Source of the DNA: Bifidobacteriaceae bacterium
GTDB lineage: Bacteria > Actinomycetota > Actinomycetes > Actinomycetales > WQXJ01
DNA: 64,000 nucleotides
Direction of reading: 5' to 3'
Assembly (NCBI GenBank): GCA_031268215.1
Contig: JAIRXP010000086.1
Coordinates: forward strand, 2,747 to 66,746
A program made the position numbers and the translations under genes. The notes beneath the pieces were generated by a model. It saw only the letters and a list, made by a program, of their open reading frames with translations, had not been told where the DNA came from and did not search any database. Positions 9,632 to 16,931 of this stretch are shown here, one piece after another. How positions within the stretch are numbered: the first letter of the stretch is position 1; each line of letters begins with the position of its first letter.

Positions 9632-9910
9632 ATGCAAAAGAGACGCCTGACCGTCACCGCAGACGTCCAGCCTCTCTCCGCCGGGCAGCGGGCGGTGGAG
9701 GCGGGCGAATTCGGCTCTTTGAGTGAATGGGCCAACGCCGCCATGGCGGAGAAAGCCTCCCGAGACAGGCGCCTCCGGCTCTTGCGCCAAGCCTTGGCTA
9801 GCTACGAAGCCGAATACGGCGAAATCACCGAGGAGGAGATGGGCGAGCAGGCGCGAGCGGATCGCGAGGCCGCCATCACCGTGCGAGGGCCGCGCCGGGC
9901 AGTCGCCTGA
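9632..9910 (+). CDS. Type II antitoxin (ribbon-helix-helix-like), partner of the PIN toxin
   Basis: 92-aa ORF (RLTVTADV...SLSEWANAAMAEKA) whose stop overlaps the downstream PIN gene start (TGATG). Confidence 0.7.
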   Translation: MQKRRLTVTADVQPLSAGQRAVEAGEFGSLSEWANAAMAEKASRDRRLRLLRQALASYEAEYGEITEEEMGEQARADREAAITVRGPRRAVA

Positions 9911-10284
9911 TGCAGGTCTACGACGCGGGCGCATTCATCGCCGCCGAACGAGCAGACCGCAGCATGTGGATCCGCCTCAAGACTGCCCTTGACGCCGGAG
10001 AGCCGCCCGTCACCAGCACTGCGATCCTGGGCCAAGTTTGGCGGGGCGGACCCAGGCAGGCGCGGACTGCCCGCGTCACCGCCGCCGTCGACGCCATACC
10101 TCTGACCAGGGAAACAGCTTTGGCGGCCGGCCTGCTGCTGGGGCGGACCGGCACCAGCGATGTGATTGACGCGGCCTTGGTGCTGACTGCGGTAGACGGC
10201 GACGCCATCTACACCTCCGACCCAAGAGGCATTGCGCTCCTGGCCGGCGCCCACGGCGTCCACGTGGACGTGGTCCCTGTGTGA
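9910..10284 (+). CDS. vapC: PIN-domain toxin (VapC-like)
   Basis: 124 aa with acidic PIN residues in the expected places (VYDAGAFIAAE..., DVIDAALVLTAV, IYTSDPRG). Confidence 0.8.
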   Translation: MQVYDAGAFIAAERADRSMWIRLKTALDAGEPPVTSTAILGQVWRGGPRQARTARVTAAVDAIPLTRETALAAGLLLGRTGTSDVIDAALVLTAVDGDAIYTSDPRGIALLAGAHGVHVDVVPV

Positions 10285-10564
10285 CGACCGCCGGCGGGCA
10301 TCACGGGGAGCGCGGCGCCTCGGCGCTAGCATGATCCCGCAGGCCTCTTGCTCGGCGGAACACCTAGATCTGGGCTAACCCAGGTTCGGCGAACTAATCG
10401 CGATCTTCTGAGTCATACCGAGAGACATACCGCAGGCGGCGCGGGCCCGGTCAGGGGGCGGCCCGGCGCAACACCGGCCAGCACGTGCCCATCGCGACCA
10501 GCGCCAGACCGGTCAGGACCGGCAAAGCGAAATGGTGCCCTGAGGCACAAAAACCCCCTGTCGC

Positions 10565-11426
10565 CTATTCAAGCTGCCCAAGCACGGTGCAGACCGCCGT
10601 GGCCACCAGCGAGAAACCGCCGAAGAGGACAAGTGCGCCCAAGACGTAGTCGCGCCGCCCCAGGGCCAGCACGAAGGAGAAAGGGTACATGCCGGCGGTG
10701 ACCACAATCGTGGTTGCAAACGAGGTCCCATACAGCGCTTGCAGGCAGCCGGTGATCACCACAGGGGCGCCAGTCTTGGCGGACACCACGGCGGTCAAGG
10801 CCGGCCCCGGCTGGGTGGTCAACGAGACGACAAGCTGCTGTGGCGGCACCGCCGAGATCCCGAGCCCCGTACCCGCTGCCGGGGCGGCATCGGGCTCTGG
10901 TAAAGGCCCCTCGACGGTCACGCTGGCGAGCCCACCGATCCGCTCGCGTCTGAGCACCGGGCGGCCGGACACGAATTGGTCGACGGGCTCCGCAATGCCG
11001 GCGACGGTGTAGGAGGCGCCCCAGCCGCCGTAGAACCAGCTACCAGCGGTGAACACGCGGCGCGCGGTGAACCCGTCCGAGTATTTCTGGACCTCGGAGG
11101 CAAAGCAGACCTGCTCGGTCTGCGCGCCGTGGTGGTGGGCGAACCACCCAGGACAAGGGCGCTGCCGGACGTGGGGTACACCTGCCCGGTGACCAATTGC
11201 ATCAGGGCGGTCTTGCCCGCGCCGGTGCGGCCCAGCAAGCCGCAGATCGAGTTCTCCTTGATGGCGACGGACACGTTGTCCACGGCGCCGGAGTCGGGCC
11301 GGGGCCGGGACTGATCGACGGCGCTTGGGCCCCGGCCCCCAAAGCCCCTTGGGCAATGCTGTGCCCGATGTGTCCCGCGATCCGGATGAAGACCCGACGA
11401 CTGTCACCGAGCACTTTGGCCGCCAC
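10565..11426 (-). pseudogene. ABC transporter wreck (ATPase Walker-A fragment fused to a membrane-protein tail)
   Basis: Walker A (GLLGRTGAGKT) lies in ORF 10918..11283. It continues in another frame (ORF 10565..11407) and ends in hydrophobic segments. No signature motif or Walker B is present. Confidence 0.6.
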
Positions 11427-11549
11427 TGGGCCTGACTTGTCTATTGGTGTGTTAATGGGCTAACAGACCAACACGCCGCGAAGCAAGTCCGCGAGGATAG
11501 CGCGCGGCGTCAATGTCGCCTGACGCTAAACTTGTCTTCGCCGGCATGA

Positions 11550-11570
11550 ATCTAGTATTGATGCTAGATT
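11550..11570 (+). promoter_or_regulatory. Putative operator/-10 of TA pair 2
   Basis: Inverted repeat ATCTAG-N8-CTAGAT overlaps TAGATT, 6 nt before ATG 11577. Confidence 0.35.
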
Positions 11571-11576
11571 GGTGAG

Positions 11577-11858
11577 ATGGCGACTATCACACTGACAGAA
11601 TTCAACCAGAACCCGTCACGCGCTACCCGGCTGGCTGACCTGGGGGAAGTGATTGTGCTGCGGCGAGGGGTGGCGGCCTACCGCTTTGAACGGATCCCGG
11701 AGCGGGCGGGCGACCGGTTGGAAGCGCTTGTCCAGGCCGGACTGGCCGCCCGGCCCCGGCGGGCGGCCGGCCCGCGGTCTGGTCCGTTGCCGGTCGCCCG
11801 GGCAGGAGTTGACTTGGGCGGACTGCTTGAGGCGGATCGCGGTCGCCTCGATGGCTGA
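11577..11858 (+). CDS. Type II antitoxin, Phd/YefM-like
   Basis: N-terminus MATITLTEFNQNPSRATRLADLGEVIVLRRG is typical of Phd/YefM-type antitoxins. It overlaps the downstream PIN gene by 8 nt. Confidence 0.75.
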   Translation: MATITLTEFNQNPSRATRLADLGEVIVLRRGVAAYRFERIPERAGDRLEALVQAGLAARPRRAAGPRSGPLPVARAGVDLGGLLEADRGRLDG

Positions 11859-12309
11859 GGTCCGCACCTGGTATGTGGATTCGTCGGTGCTGTTGCGGGT
11901 GATCGTTGACCAGTCGCCGGCGGCGCGGGCGTGGCTCCAGGAGCGCGTCGACGCGGGGGACCGGTTTGTCGCGTCCCGCTTGATGGAGGTCGAGGTTTGC
12001 AGGGTGACTAAGAACGCCGGCGTCGATCAGGACGTGGTGCGCGAATACATCGACGAGTTCACGCTGATGGCGATCACCGACGACATCCTCGGAGGTGCCG
12101 TGGCGCTGGACCAGAAACTGGGCGGGGCTGATGCGATCCACGTGGCTTCCGCCGTCGAACTGGGCCCGGACGCCATCGCGATTGTGACGCACGATAGGCA
12201 AATGGCCGCTGCCGCAGCCGATCTGGGCTTCGATGTGCTCGACCCAGTGACTGATGACCCGGGACGCGGCCCGGTCGACACCCCGAAACAGGGCCCCCAA
12301 CCCGCCTGA
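11851..12309 (+). CDS. vapC: PIN-domain toxin (VapC-like)
   Basis: Start set at ATG 11851, in frame within track ORF 11653..12309. PIN acidic residues are present (WYVDSSVLLRV, EVEV, DAIHVASAV, VTHDRQM). Confidence 0.8.
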   Translation: MAEVRTWYVDSSVLLRVIVDQSPAARAWLQERVDAGDRFVASRLMEVEVCRVTKNAGVDQDVVREYIDEFTLMAITDDILGGAVALDQKLGGADAIHVASAVELGPDAIAIVTHDRQMAAAAADLGFDVLDPVTDDPGRGPVDTPKQGPQPA

Positions 12310-12566
12310 GCTGGCTTTCCGCACTCCTTGGCTCGGATTTGGCTCCGATTCTTGACCTTCGCCGAACAGCACCCGTCCGGACCAATCAGATGGGTCCAAC
12401 CGTCCGCATGCACCACCCAGTCGCGGACCGGTTTGGGTTCTTTGCGGATGGGCGCGGCGAACTGCGCAGATCCGTCGCAAGAGCACCGCCTGCGCCCGGC
12501 CCGGCCGCAGCTACTCTCCGGAGTGATACCTGCAACTGAGGCCGCCTGTGGTAGAGGATTTGATCC

Positions 12567-13157
12567 ATGTCCGGTGAGTTCGCATCCTTGCCGCCGACGT
12601 TCACCGCGAAGCTGGCACGAGTTCGCGGTGTCAATCCGCGCGACCTGTATTCGTGGCGGGACTCCGGCGACGTCAAGGAGCTGTCGCGCGGGGTGTTCCG
12701 CAAGGCCAGCGCGCCGCACCCGACTTATCCGGACCTCCTGGCAGCGGCGCTCAGAGCACCGCGCGCGGTGGTGTGCTGCCTGTCGGCCCCGGCGATCCAC
12801 GACCTGACCGATGAACTGGTACCAGGCGTGCAGCTAGCGGTGCCAAAAGGCTCGTGGGCACCTCGGATCGACCACCCGCCGACCCGTGTCTTCCACTTCG
12901 CGCCCGACACCTTCGACCTCGGCCTAAGCACGGTCGAAGCCGCGCCGGGAGAGTCGGTGCGGGTATATGACGCCGCCCGCACAGTGGCCGACCTGATGCG
13001 ACTGAGACACCGTTTTGGCGAACCCGTCGCGCACATCGCGTTGAACCGCTACCTCGACTCGGCGCGCGCCCAGCCCGCCACGGTGTTGGAGTACGCCCAC
13101 AAGCTCGGCGGATTCGAGGCCACGCGGGTCGCGGTCGCTGTGGCCGGTGCGCGTTGA
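12567..13157 (+). CDS. AbiEi-family (type IV TA) antitoxin-like protein, apparently intact
   Basis: 196 aa with a winged-helix-like N-terminus (ARVRGVNPRDLYSWRDSGDVKELSRGVF) and an AbiEi-like C-terminal domain. An RBS (GAGGA) precedes the ATG. Confidence 0.7.
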   Translation: MSGEFASLPPTFTAKLARVRGVNPRDLYSWRDSGDVKELSRGVFRKASAPHPTYPDLLAAALRAPRAVVCCLSAPAIHDLTDELVPGVQLAVPKGSWAPRIDHPPTRVFHFAPDTFDLGLSTVEAAPGESVRVYDAARTVADLMRLRHRFGEPVAHIALNRYLDSARAQPATVLEYAHKLGGFEATRVAVAVAGAR

Positions 13158-13638
13158 ACCGTCCCACCCGCGACACGGCCGCTGGGCGAGCCTATCTCGA
13201 CTTGCAGAACCGCGCGCCGCGAGAAGTGAGGCACCCAAGAGTTGCTCACTCGGGTATCCCATCGAGACCGTGTTGGCGGAGAAGATCGTCACCGCAATCA
13301 ATCTTGGCCTGGCCAGCACTCGTGTCCGTGACTGGTCAGACATCTACACTTTGAGCGGTCGCCATCCAGTCGGCTACGCGCCAACCCGTGAAGCGGTGCT
13401 CGCAACAGCCAGGTTCCGAGGGGTCGCGCTGGTCCTGTTGTCGCAGGCGGCCGACTTGCTGGTGGACCTTCGCAGCCAGACCCACACCGCCTACCGGCGG
13501 GGTCTTGGACCCGACGGACTCCACCTTCCCGAGCCTTTCGCCGATGTGGTAGAGGCCGTCATCGTCTTCGGCGGCCCGCTCATCGCTGCCCACCAACTGA
13601 CGCGGTGGAGCCCGGAAAAGCGGCGCTGGGAGCCCTGA
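13154..13638 (+). pseudogene. AbiEii nucleotidyltransferase toxin remnant with the catalytic core deleted
   Basis: The N-terminus (MNRPTRDTAAGRAYLDLQNRA) lies in one frame, GTQELLTR in a second frame behind a TGA, and the C-terminal region (YPIETVLAEKIVTA...RVRDWSDIYTL...) in a third. About 160 codons remain, whereas my recollection is that family members are roughly 280-300 aa. Confidence 0.6.
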
Positions 13639-13744
13639 GCCCGACCATCAGCGGAAACCCAGAGGGAGCCCCCAAAGGGCGCCACACCTCACACGTGCGC
13701 AGAAAGTAGAATGATGCCGCGCGGTTGGTCACTACCAAGCGTGA

Positions 13745-13990
13745 GTGCGTTTACAGAACCTGGGTTACGCGACAACCGCGCATAGGGCGCAGGGCTTCAC
13801 GGTCGACACCTGCCACACGGTGGCGGCCCCGTCCACCACGAGAAAAAACTTGTATGTGGCGATGACGAGGGGCCGGGAGGCGAATATGGCGTATTGGGCG
13901 GTCGACCGCCCCGACCCTACCCACGACCAGCCGCGTCCCTCGGGCAACCAAGCCGTAGACACCGGAGCGTCCTGCTGGATCGCGCACTCC
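13745..13990 (+). pseudogene. C-terminal fragment of a conjugative relaxase/helicase (TraA/MobF-type)
   Basis: The helicase C-terminal motifs GYATTAHRAQGFTVD and LYVAMTRGREAN are present, but there is no upstream body. Confidence 0.6.
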
Positions 13991-13991
13991 A

Positions 13992-14121
13992 GGGCCCCTG
14001 CGGGGTCTGGGACGGCCCCTTGGAGTTCCTTCCTCATCCATCCGGAATTGGTGCCGGACCAGCGCAGATGCAACGCCTGCGCACACGGGGGAAGGTTGGC
14101 AAAGGCTCCCCGGTGGAACAC
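13992..14121 (-). repeat. Copy A of a 130-bp paralogous gene 5' segment (truncated gene start MFHRGAFANLPPCAQALHLRWSG...)
   Basis: Gapless hand alignment to 15309-15438 gives 101/130 identical nt. Homology stops abruptly at 13991, where the relaxase fragment begins. Confidence 0.7.
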
Positions 14122-14139
14122 CTCGAACTGGCGGTCCGG

Positions 14140-14292
14140 GTGTGATCGCCATCAAGCGCCTCCGGCGCTCGGGCCGATCCTCCTCGTCCAAGTCCCGGCG
14201 CGGCCCGGCCCGGAGAAGATTCGCGACCGTCGTGCGCGAGATCCCGAACCCTTCTCCCCGCTCGCGCAAGCCGGCCCCCCGCCGCGATCAGG
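14140..14292 (-). pseudogene. Helix-turn-helix fragment (resolvase/transposase-type HTH)
   Basis: Hand translation gives ...GLRERGEGFGISRTTVANLLRAG..., similar to the C-terminal HTH of ORF 14971..15438. There is no credible start, and it runs into copy A in another frame. Confidence 0.3.
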
Positions 14293-14295
14293 GGC

Positions 14296-14613
14296 TCAGC
14301 GGTCGAGCCGCTGCTGCCAGTAGCCGGGTTTACGGCGTTCGTGCGCGTAGGCGAGGATCACGAAGCTGCGGTCGGTGAGGTAGTAGAGCACGTGGTACGG
14401 GAACACTGCGATCGCCATGCTGCGCACGGTCGGAGTGGCCACCCAGCCGGGGAACACGGGCGCTGAACGAGGCCAATCGTGAATACGGGCTATCGCGTCG
14501 TCGATGGCGTCGTAGAAGTCGTCGCCCAGACCCGGCTCTCGGTTGTCGTACCAGAACGCGGCTTCGCGGAGTTCGTGGCGCGCTTCGGGATGCTCGCGCT
14601 TTTCCAACCTCAC
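14296..14613 (-). CDS. RelE/ParE-family type II toxin
   Basis: 105 aa (EARHELREAAFWYDNREPGLGDDFYDAIDDAI...YHVLYYLTDRSFVILAYAHERRKPGYW). Its GTG start overlaps the upstream antitoxin stop (GTGA). Confidence 0.8.
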   Translation of the reverse strand: MRLEKREHPEARHELREAAFWYDNREPGLGDDFYDAIDDAIARIHDWPRSAPVFPGWVATPTVRSMAIAVFPYHVLYYLTDRSFVILAYAHERRKPGYWQQRLDR

Positions 14614-14864
14614 TTGCGGCGAGCTGCCAACTCGGCCCGCAACTGCGCATGCGACTCGTTCACGTCCAGCAGCTCGACTTTGCCGCTGTCGATGTCGTCA
14701 ATGCGACTATGAAGCTCAGTGCGCCAAGCCGCATCGACCTCGGCCTGATCCACGTTCGCATCGTCGGCGTCAAGGCTTCGCAGACCGCGATGGATCACGG
14801 CAGCACGATCATGCTGATCGAGGGCGAGGAGCGCCTGCTCGACTTCCGCGACGTTCATGGACAT
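14610..14864 (-). CDS. Addiction-module antitoxin (putative addiction module component type)
   Basis: Start set at ATG 14864 within track ORF 14610..15095 (MSMNVAEVEQALLALDQHDRAAVI...EVDAAWRTELHSRIDDIDSGKVELLD). TACACT lies 6 nt upstream of the ATG. Confidence 0.75.
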   Translation of the reverse strand: MSMNVAEVEQALLALDQHDRAAVIHRGLRSLDADDANVDQAEVDAAWRTELHSRIDDIDSGKVELLDVNESHAQLRAELAARRK

Positions 14865-14970
14865 GCCTCTAGTGTAAGCCGCCCTACTGACCATAAGGGC
14901 ATCGAGGACGCGGGCGTCGGCTGAGCTCCCAGGGAGCTTGGGAGCGGACTCTGTGAAAGTGCGCTGCCGG

Positions 14971-15438
14971 TCACTCGGCGCAGTGGTGCTGGTCGAAAAA
15001 GCGGACAGCGGTGGTCCCGAGTCCGAAGAAGTCCGCGAGGCGCTTGTAGGACCAGCCTTCGCCGCGTAGCGGCGTGGGCTGGCCCTTGCGTTCAAGAAGG
15101 GCGGGGGTGGCGCCCAGCAGCTTGGCGTGCCGCCGGATGGTCTTCGCCGCCAGGCCGCAGCGCTCGGCTAACACGGTGGCGGGTACCCCCGCCGCGTAGG
15201 CGGCCAAGATTTCCGCGGGGACGGGCACCCCGGCGCGATACTGGGCGAGCTTGCGGTCGAGTTCTTCGGGGGTGAGAAAGGTTCCAGGAGTTCCGTTTGG
15301 CGTCTGGCGGGCCCCTGCGGGGTCAATAGCGGCTGCCTGGAGGTCCTCCCACATCCAGTTGGAATTGCTTCCTGACCAGCGTAGATACAACGCTTGCGCG
15401 CATGGGGGAAGGTTCATAAACAGTCCCCGATGGAACAC
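14971..15438 (-). CDS. Uncharacterised protein: conserved unknown N-terminal module plus two HTH-like motifs
   Basis: 155-aa ORF with a GTG start. The N-terminal 43 aa are paralogous to copy A. HTH-like stretches are VPATVLAERCGLAAKTIRRHAKLLG and GWSYKRLADFFGLGTTAVRFF. Third-position GC is high after codon ~30 and lower before, so the start is uncertain. Confidence 0.55.
   Translation of the reverse strand: MFHRGLFMNLPPCAQALYLRWSGSNSNWMWEDLQAAAIDPAGARQTPNGTPGTFLTPEELDRKLAQYRAGVPVPAEILAAYAAGVPATVLAERCGLAAKTIRRHAKLLGATPALLERKGQPTPLRGEGWSYKRLADFFGLGTTAVRFFDQHHCAE
15309..15438 (-). repeat. Copy B of the 130-bp paralogous gene 5' segment
   Basis: See copy A. This copy forms the 5' end of the intact ORF 14971..15438. 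Confidence 0.7.
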
Positions 15439-15444
15439 TGTTGT

Positions 15445-15462
15445 CCTGTGTCAGGACACAGG
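15445..15462. promoter_or_regulatory. Perfect 18-bp palindrome CCTGTGTC-AG-GACACAGG
   Basis: Read directly from the sequence. It lies 7 nt upstream of the GTG of ORF 14971..15438 and near the right edge of the accessory region. It could be an operator or a recombinase site. Confidence 0.5.
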
Positions 15463-15591
15463 AAACCAGCGAACTGCCCGTCGAGTCCAGGCCGCCGATG
15501 CCGTCCGAATGGCTCGGGTCTTGGGTGTCCGGTCCCAGCCCACGGGCGAGGGCGGCGGCGTTCGCGGGCCGGGGTACCAGCGGCCGTCGCA

Positions 15592-15963
15592 TTACCGCCG
15601 TCCGCGCAGCCGGTCGAGTTGCCGGCGCTCGGCCTTAGTGGGGCGGCCGGAGCCGCGATCACGCAAAGCGACCGGGGCGGTGGTGGCTTCAGTCTTGGCC
15701 GGCGGCGGCGGCGAGTGGTCCTCGTATGCCTCCGCTGCCAGGGGCGCCCCAACCCGTTTGACCAGCGGTTTTACAACGATCACGATGCGTTCGCGAGGGC
15801 CGCCACGGACATGGACTTCATCGCCAGGCCCCACTAGCTGCGATGGTTTGGCCTTCTCACCGGAGACCCGGACGTGACCAGCCTTACAGGCCGCCGCGGC
15901 CGCGGAGCGGGACTTGAACAGCCTGACTGACCACATCCAGGAATCGACTCTGACCTTTGGCAC
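15592..15963 (-). CDS. S4-domain RNA-binding protein (Hsp15-like)
   Basis: S4 motif VRVDSWMWSVRLFKSRSAAAAACKAGHVRVSG. Start provisionally set at GTG 15963. The track ORF extends to 16089 through the pentamer repeat (ARRGV repeats), so that start cannot be excluded. Confidence 0.75.
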   Translation of the reverse strand: MPKVRVDSWMWSVRLFKSRSAAAAACKAGHVRVSGEKAKPSQLVGPGDEVHVRGGPRERIVIVVKPLVKRVGAPLAAEAYEDHSPPPPAKTEATTAPVALRDRGSGRPTKAERRQLDRLRGRR

Positions 15964-15976
15964 GTGGTCTATTCCA

Positions 15977-16031
15977 CCACGCCGCGCCACGCCGCGCCGC
16001 GCCACGCCACGCCGCGCCACGCCACACCGCG
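15977..16031. repeat. Pentanucleotide microsatellite (CCRCG) x 11
   Basis: Units counted directly: ccacg ccgcg ccacg ccgcg ccgcg ccacg ccacg ccgcg ccacg ccaca ccgcg. It lies between the divergent S4-domain gene and proC. Confidence 0.9.
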
Positions 16032-16067
16032 CGGCACGCCGCGGCGTGGTCCCGCGGTCCCGCCCGG

Positions 16068-16096
16068 AAGACATGCCATCTGTAACCATCTAGCCT
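16068..16096 (+). promoter_or_regulatory. Putative proC promoter (-35 AAGACA, 17-nt spacer, -10 TAGCCT), leaderless
   Basis: The -10 hexamer ends 6 nt before ATG 16103, and there is no Shine-Dalgarno sequence. Confidence 0.4.
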
Positions 16097-16102
16097 AAGA
16101 AC

Positions 16103-16909
16103 ATGGAGATCGGTTTCATCGGCGCGGGCAACATGGCCCAGGCCATCATCGAAGGAATTGTGGCCAGCGGGGCAGTGGCGGCGGACGAAATCTGCGCCCA
16201 TGATCCTGATGCGGCCAAGCTGAAAGAGTTCGCCAAGGCGACCGGGATGGTGGCGTTCGCCGGGAACGAAGAGGTGGTGGCGGCATCGGGCACCGTGGTG
16301 TTGGCCGTCAAACCGCAATACTTGCCGGGCGTGCTGGAACAGGTCGGGGGGCAGATCGTCGCCAAGGCGCCTCTGGTGGTGTCGATCGCGGCCGGTGTGA
16401 CCCTCGAACACTTGGACGGTTGGCTGGGGCCGGACGTGCCGATAGTCAGGGTCATGCCGAACATCAACGCGACGGTTGGCGAATCAATGTCCGCGGTGGC
16501 CGGCAATGCGGTCGCGACAGACTCGCAGATCGCCTCAGTGGTGCGGCTGTTCAGCGCAGTGGGTGAAGCGACGGTCCTGGAGGAGCGCTTGTTCCCGGCC
16601 TTCACGGCGGTGGCGGGATCATCGCCGGCGTGGGTGTTCTTGTTCATAGACGCCCTGGCCAGAGGGGGCCTGGCCGCTGGACTGACCAAACAGCAGGCCC
16701 GTGAAGCGGCCACTCAAGCGGTGCTTGGCTCGGCCATCCTGCTACGGCGGACCGGGGAGCATCCTTGGCAACTAATCGACAAAGTGTCCTCGCCCGGCGG
16801 GACCACCGTCGCGGGCTTGAATGAGCTTGAGGACCGGGGCTTTTCGGCTGCGGTAGTGGCTGGCGTGGCGGCTACCATTGAGCGCGAAGCCGAGATGCGT
16901 CAGGACTGA
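16103..16909 (+). CDS. proC: Pyrroline-5-carboxylate reductase
   Basis: Rossmann-fold N-terminus MEIGFIGAGNMAQAII and a C-terminal ProC signature (SPGGTTVAGLNELE). Confidence 0.9.
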   Translation: MEIGFIGAGNMAQAIIEGIVASGAVAADEICAHDPDAAKLKEFAKATGMVAFAGNEEVVAASGTVVLAVKPQYLPGVLEQVGGQIVAKAPLVVSIAAGVTLEHLDGWLGPDVPIVRVMPNINATVGESMSAVAGNAVATDSQIASVVRLFSAVGEATVLEERLFPAFTAVAGSSPAWVFLFIDALARGGLAAGLTKQQAREAATQAVLGSAILLRRTGEHPWQLIDKVSSPGGTTVAGLNELEDRGFSAAVVAGVAATIEREAEMRQD

Positions 16910-16931
16910 GTCTTCCGCACCGGGTCCACCG

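Larger units (their letters stand above)
7944..15591. mobile_element. Decayed integrative/conjugative element remnant next to tRNA-Leu, rich in toxin-antitoxin genes
   Basis: It lies between the tRNA 3' end and the stop of the core S4-domain gene. Contents are a frameshifted serine recombinase, a relaxase C-terminal fragment, an ABC-transporter wreck, three TA pairs and an AbiEi/AbiEii remnant. No flanking direct repeat of the tRNA end was found by eye. Confidence 0.65.

Noticed and set aside
10521-10560. Hairpin GTGCC-ctga-GGCAC flanked by an A-run and C-run, after the ABC wreck, considered as a terminator.
   Set aside because: The T-run is on the wrong side for the minus-strand gene, and it is an A-run on the plus strand. 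It is not a convincing intrinsic terminator.
15398-15438. Resemblance of GCATGGGGGAAGGTTCATAAACAGTCCCC...GGAACAC (and its copy at 14078-14121) to the T-arm/3' end of tRNA-Leu (GCATGGGGGTTCAAGTCCCC...GGACACC), which might be an att-site duplication.
   Set aside because: The match needs several indels. The segment instead aligns gaplessly to its paralogue with a third-codon-position substitution bias, so it behaves as coding sequence. No clean direct repeat of the tRNA end was found.
15977-16031. Possible CRISPR array or other spaced repeats.
   Set aside because: The tract is a contiguous 5-nt microsatellite without spacers. No CRISPR-like repeat-spacer structure or cas genes were seen anywhere in the window.
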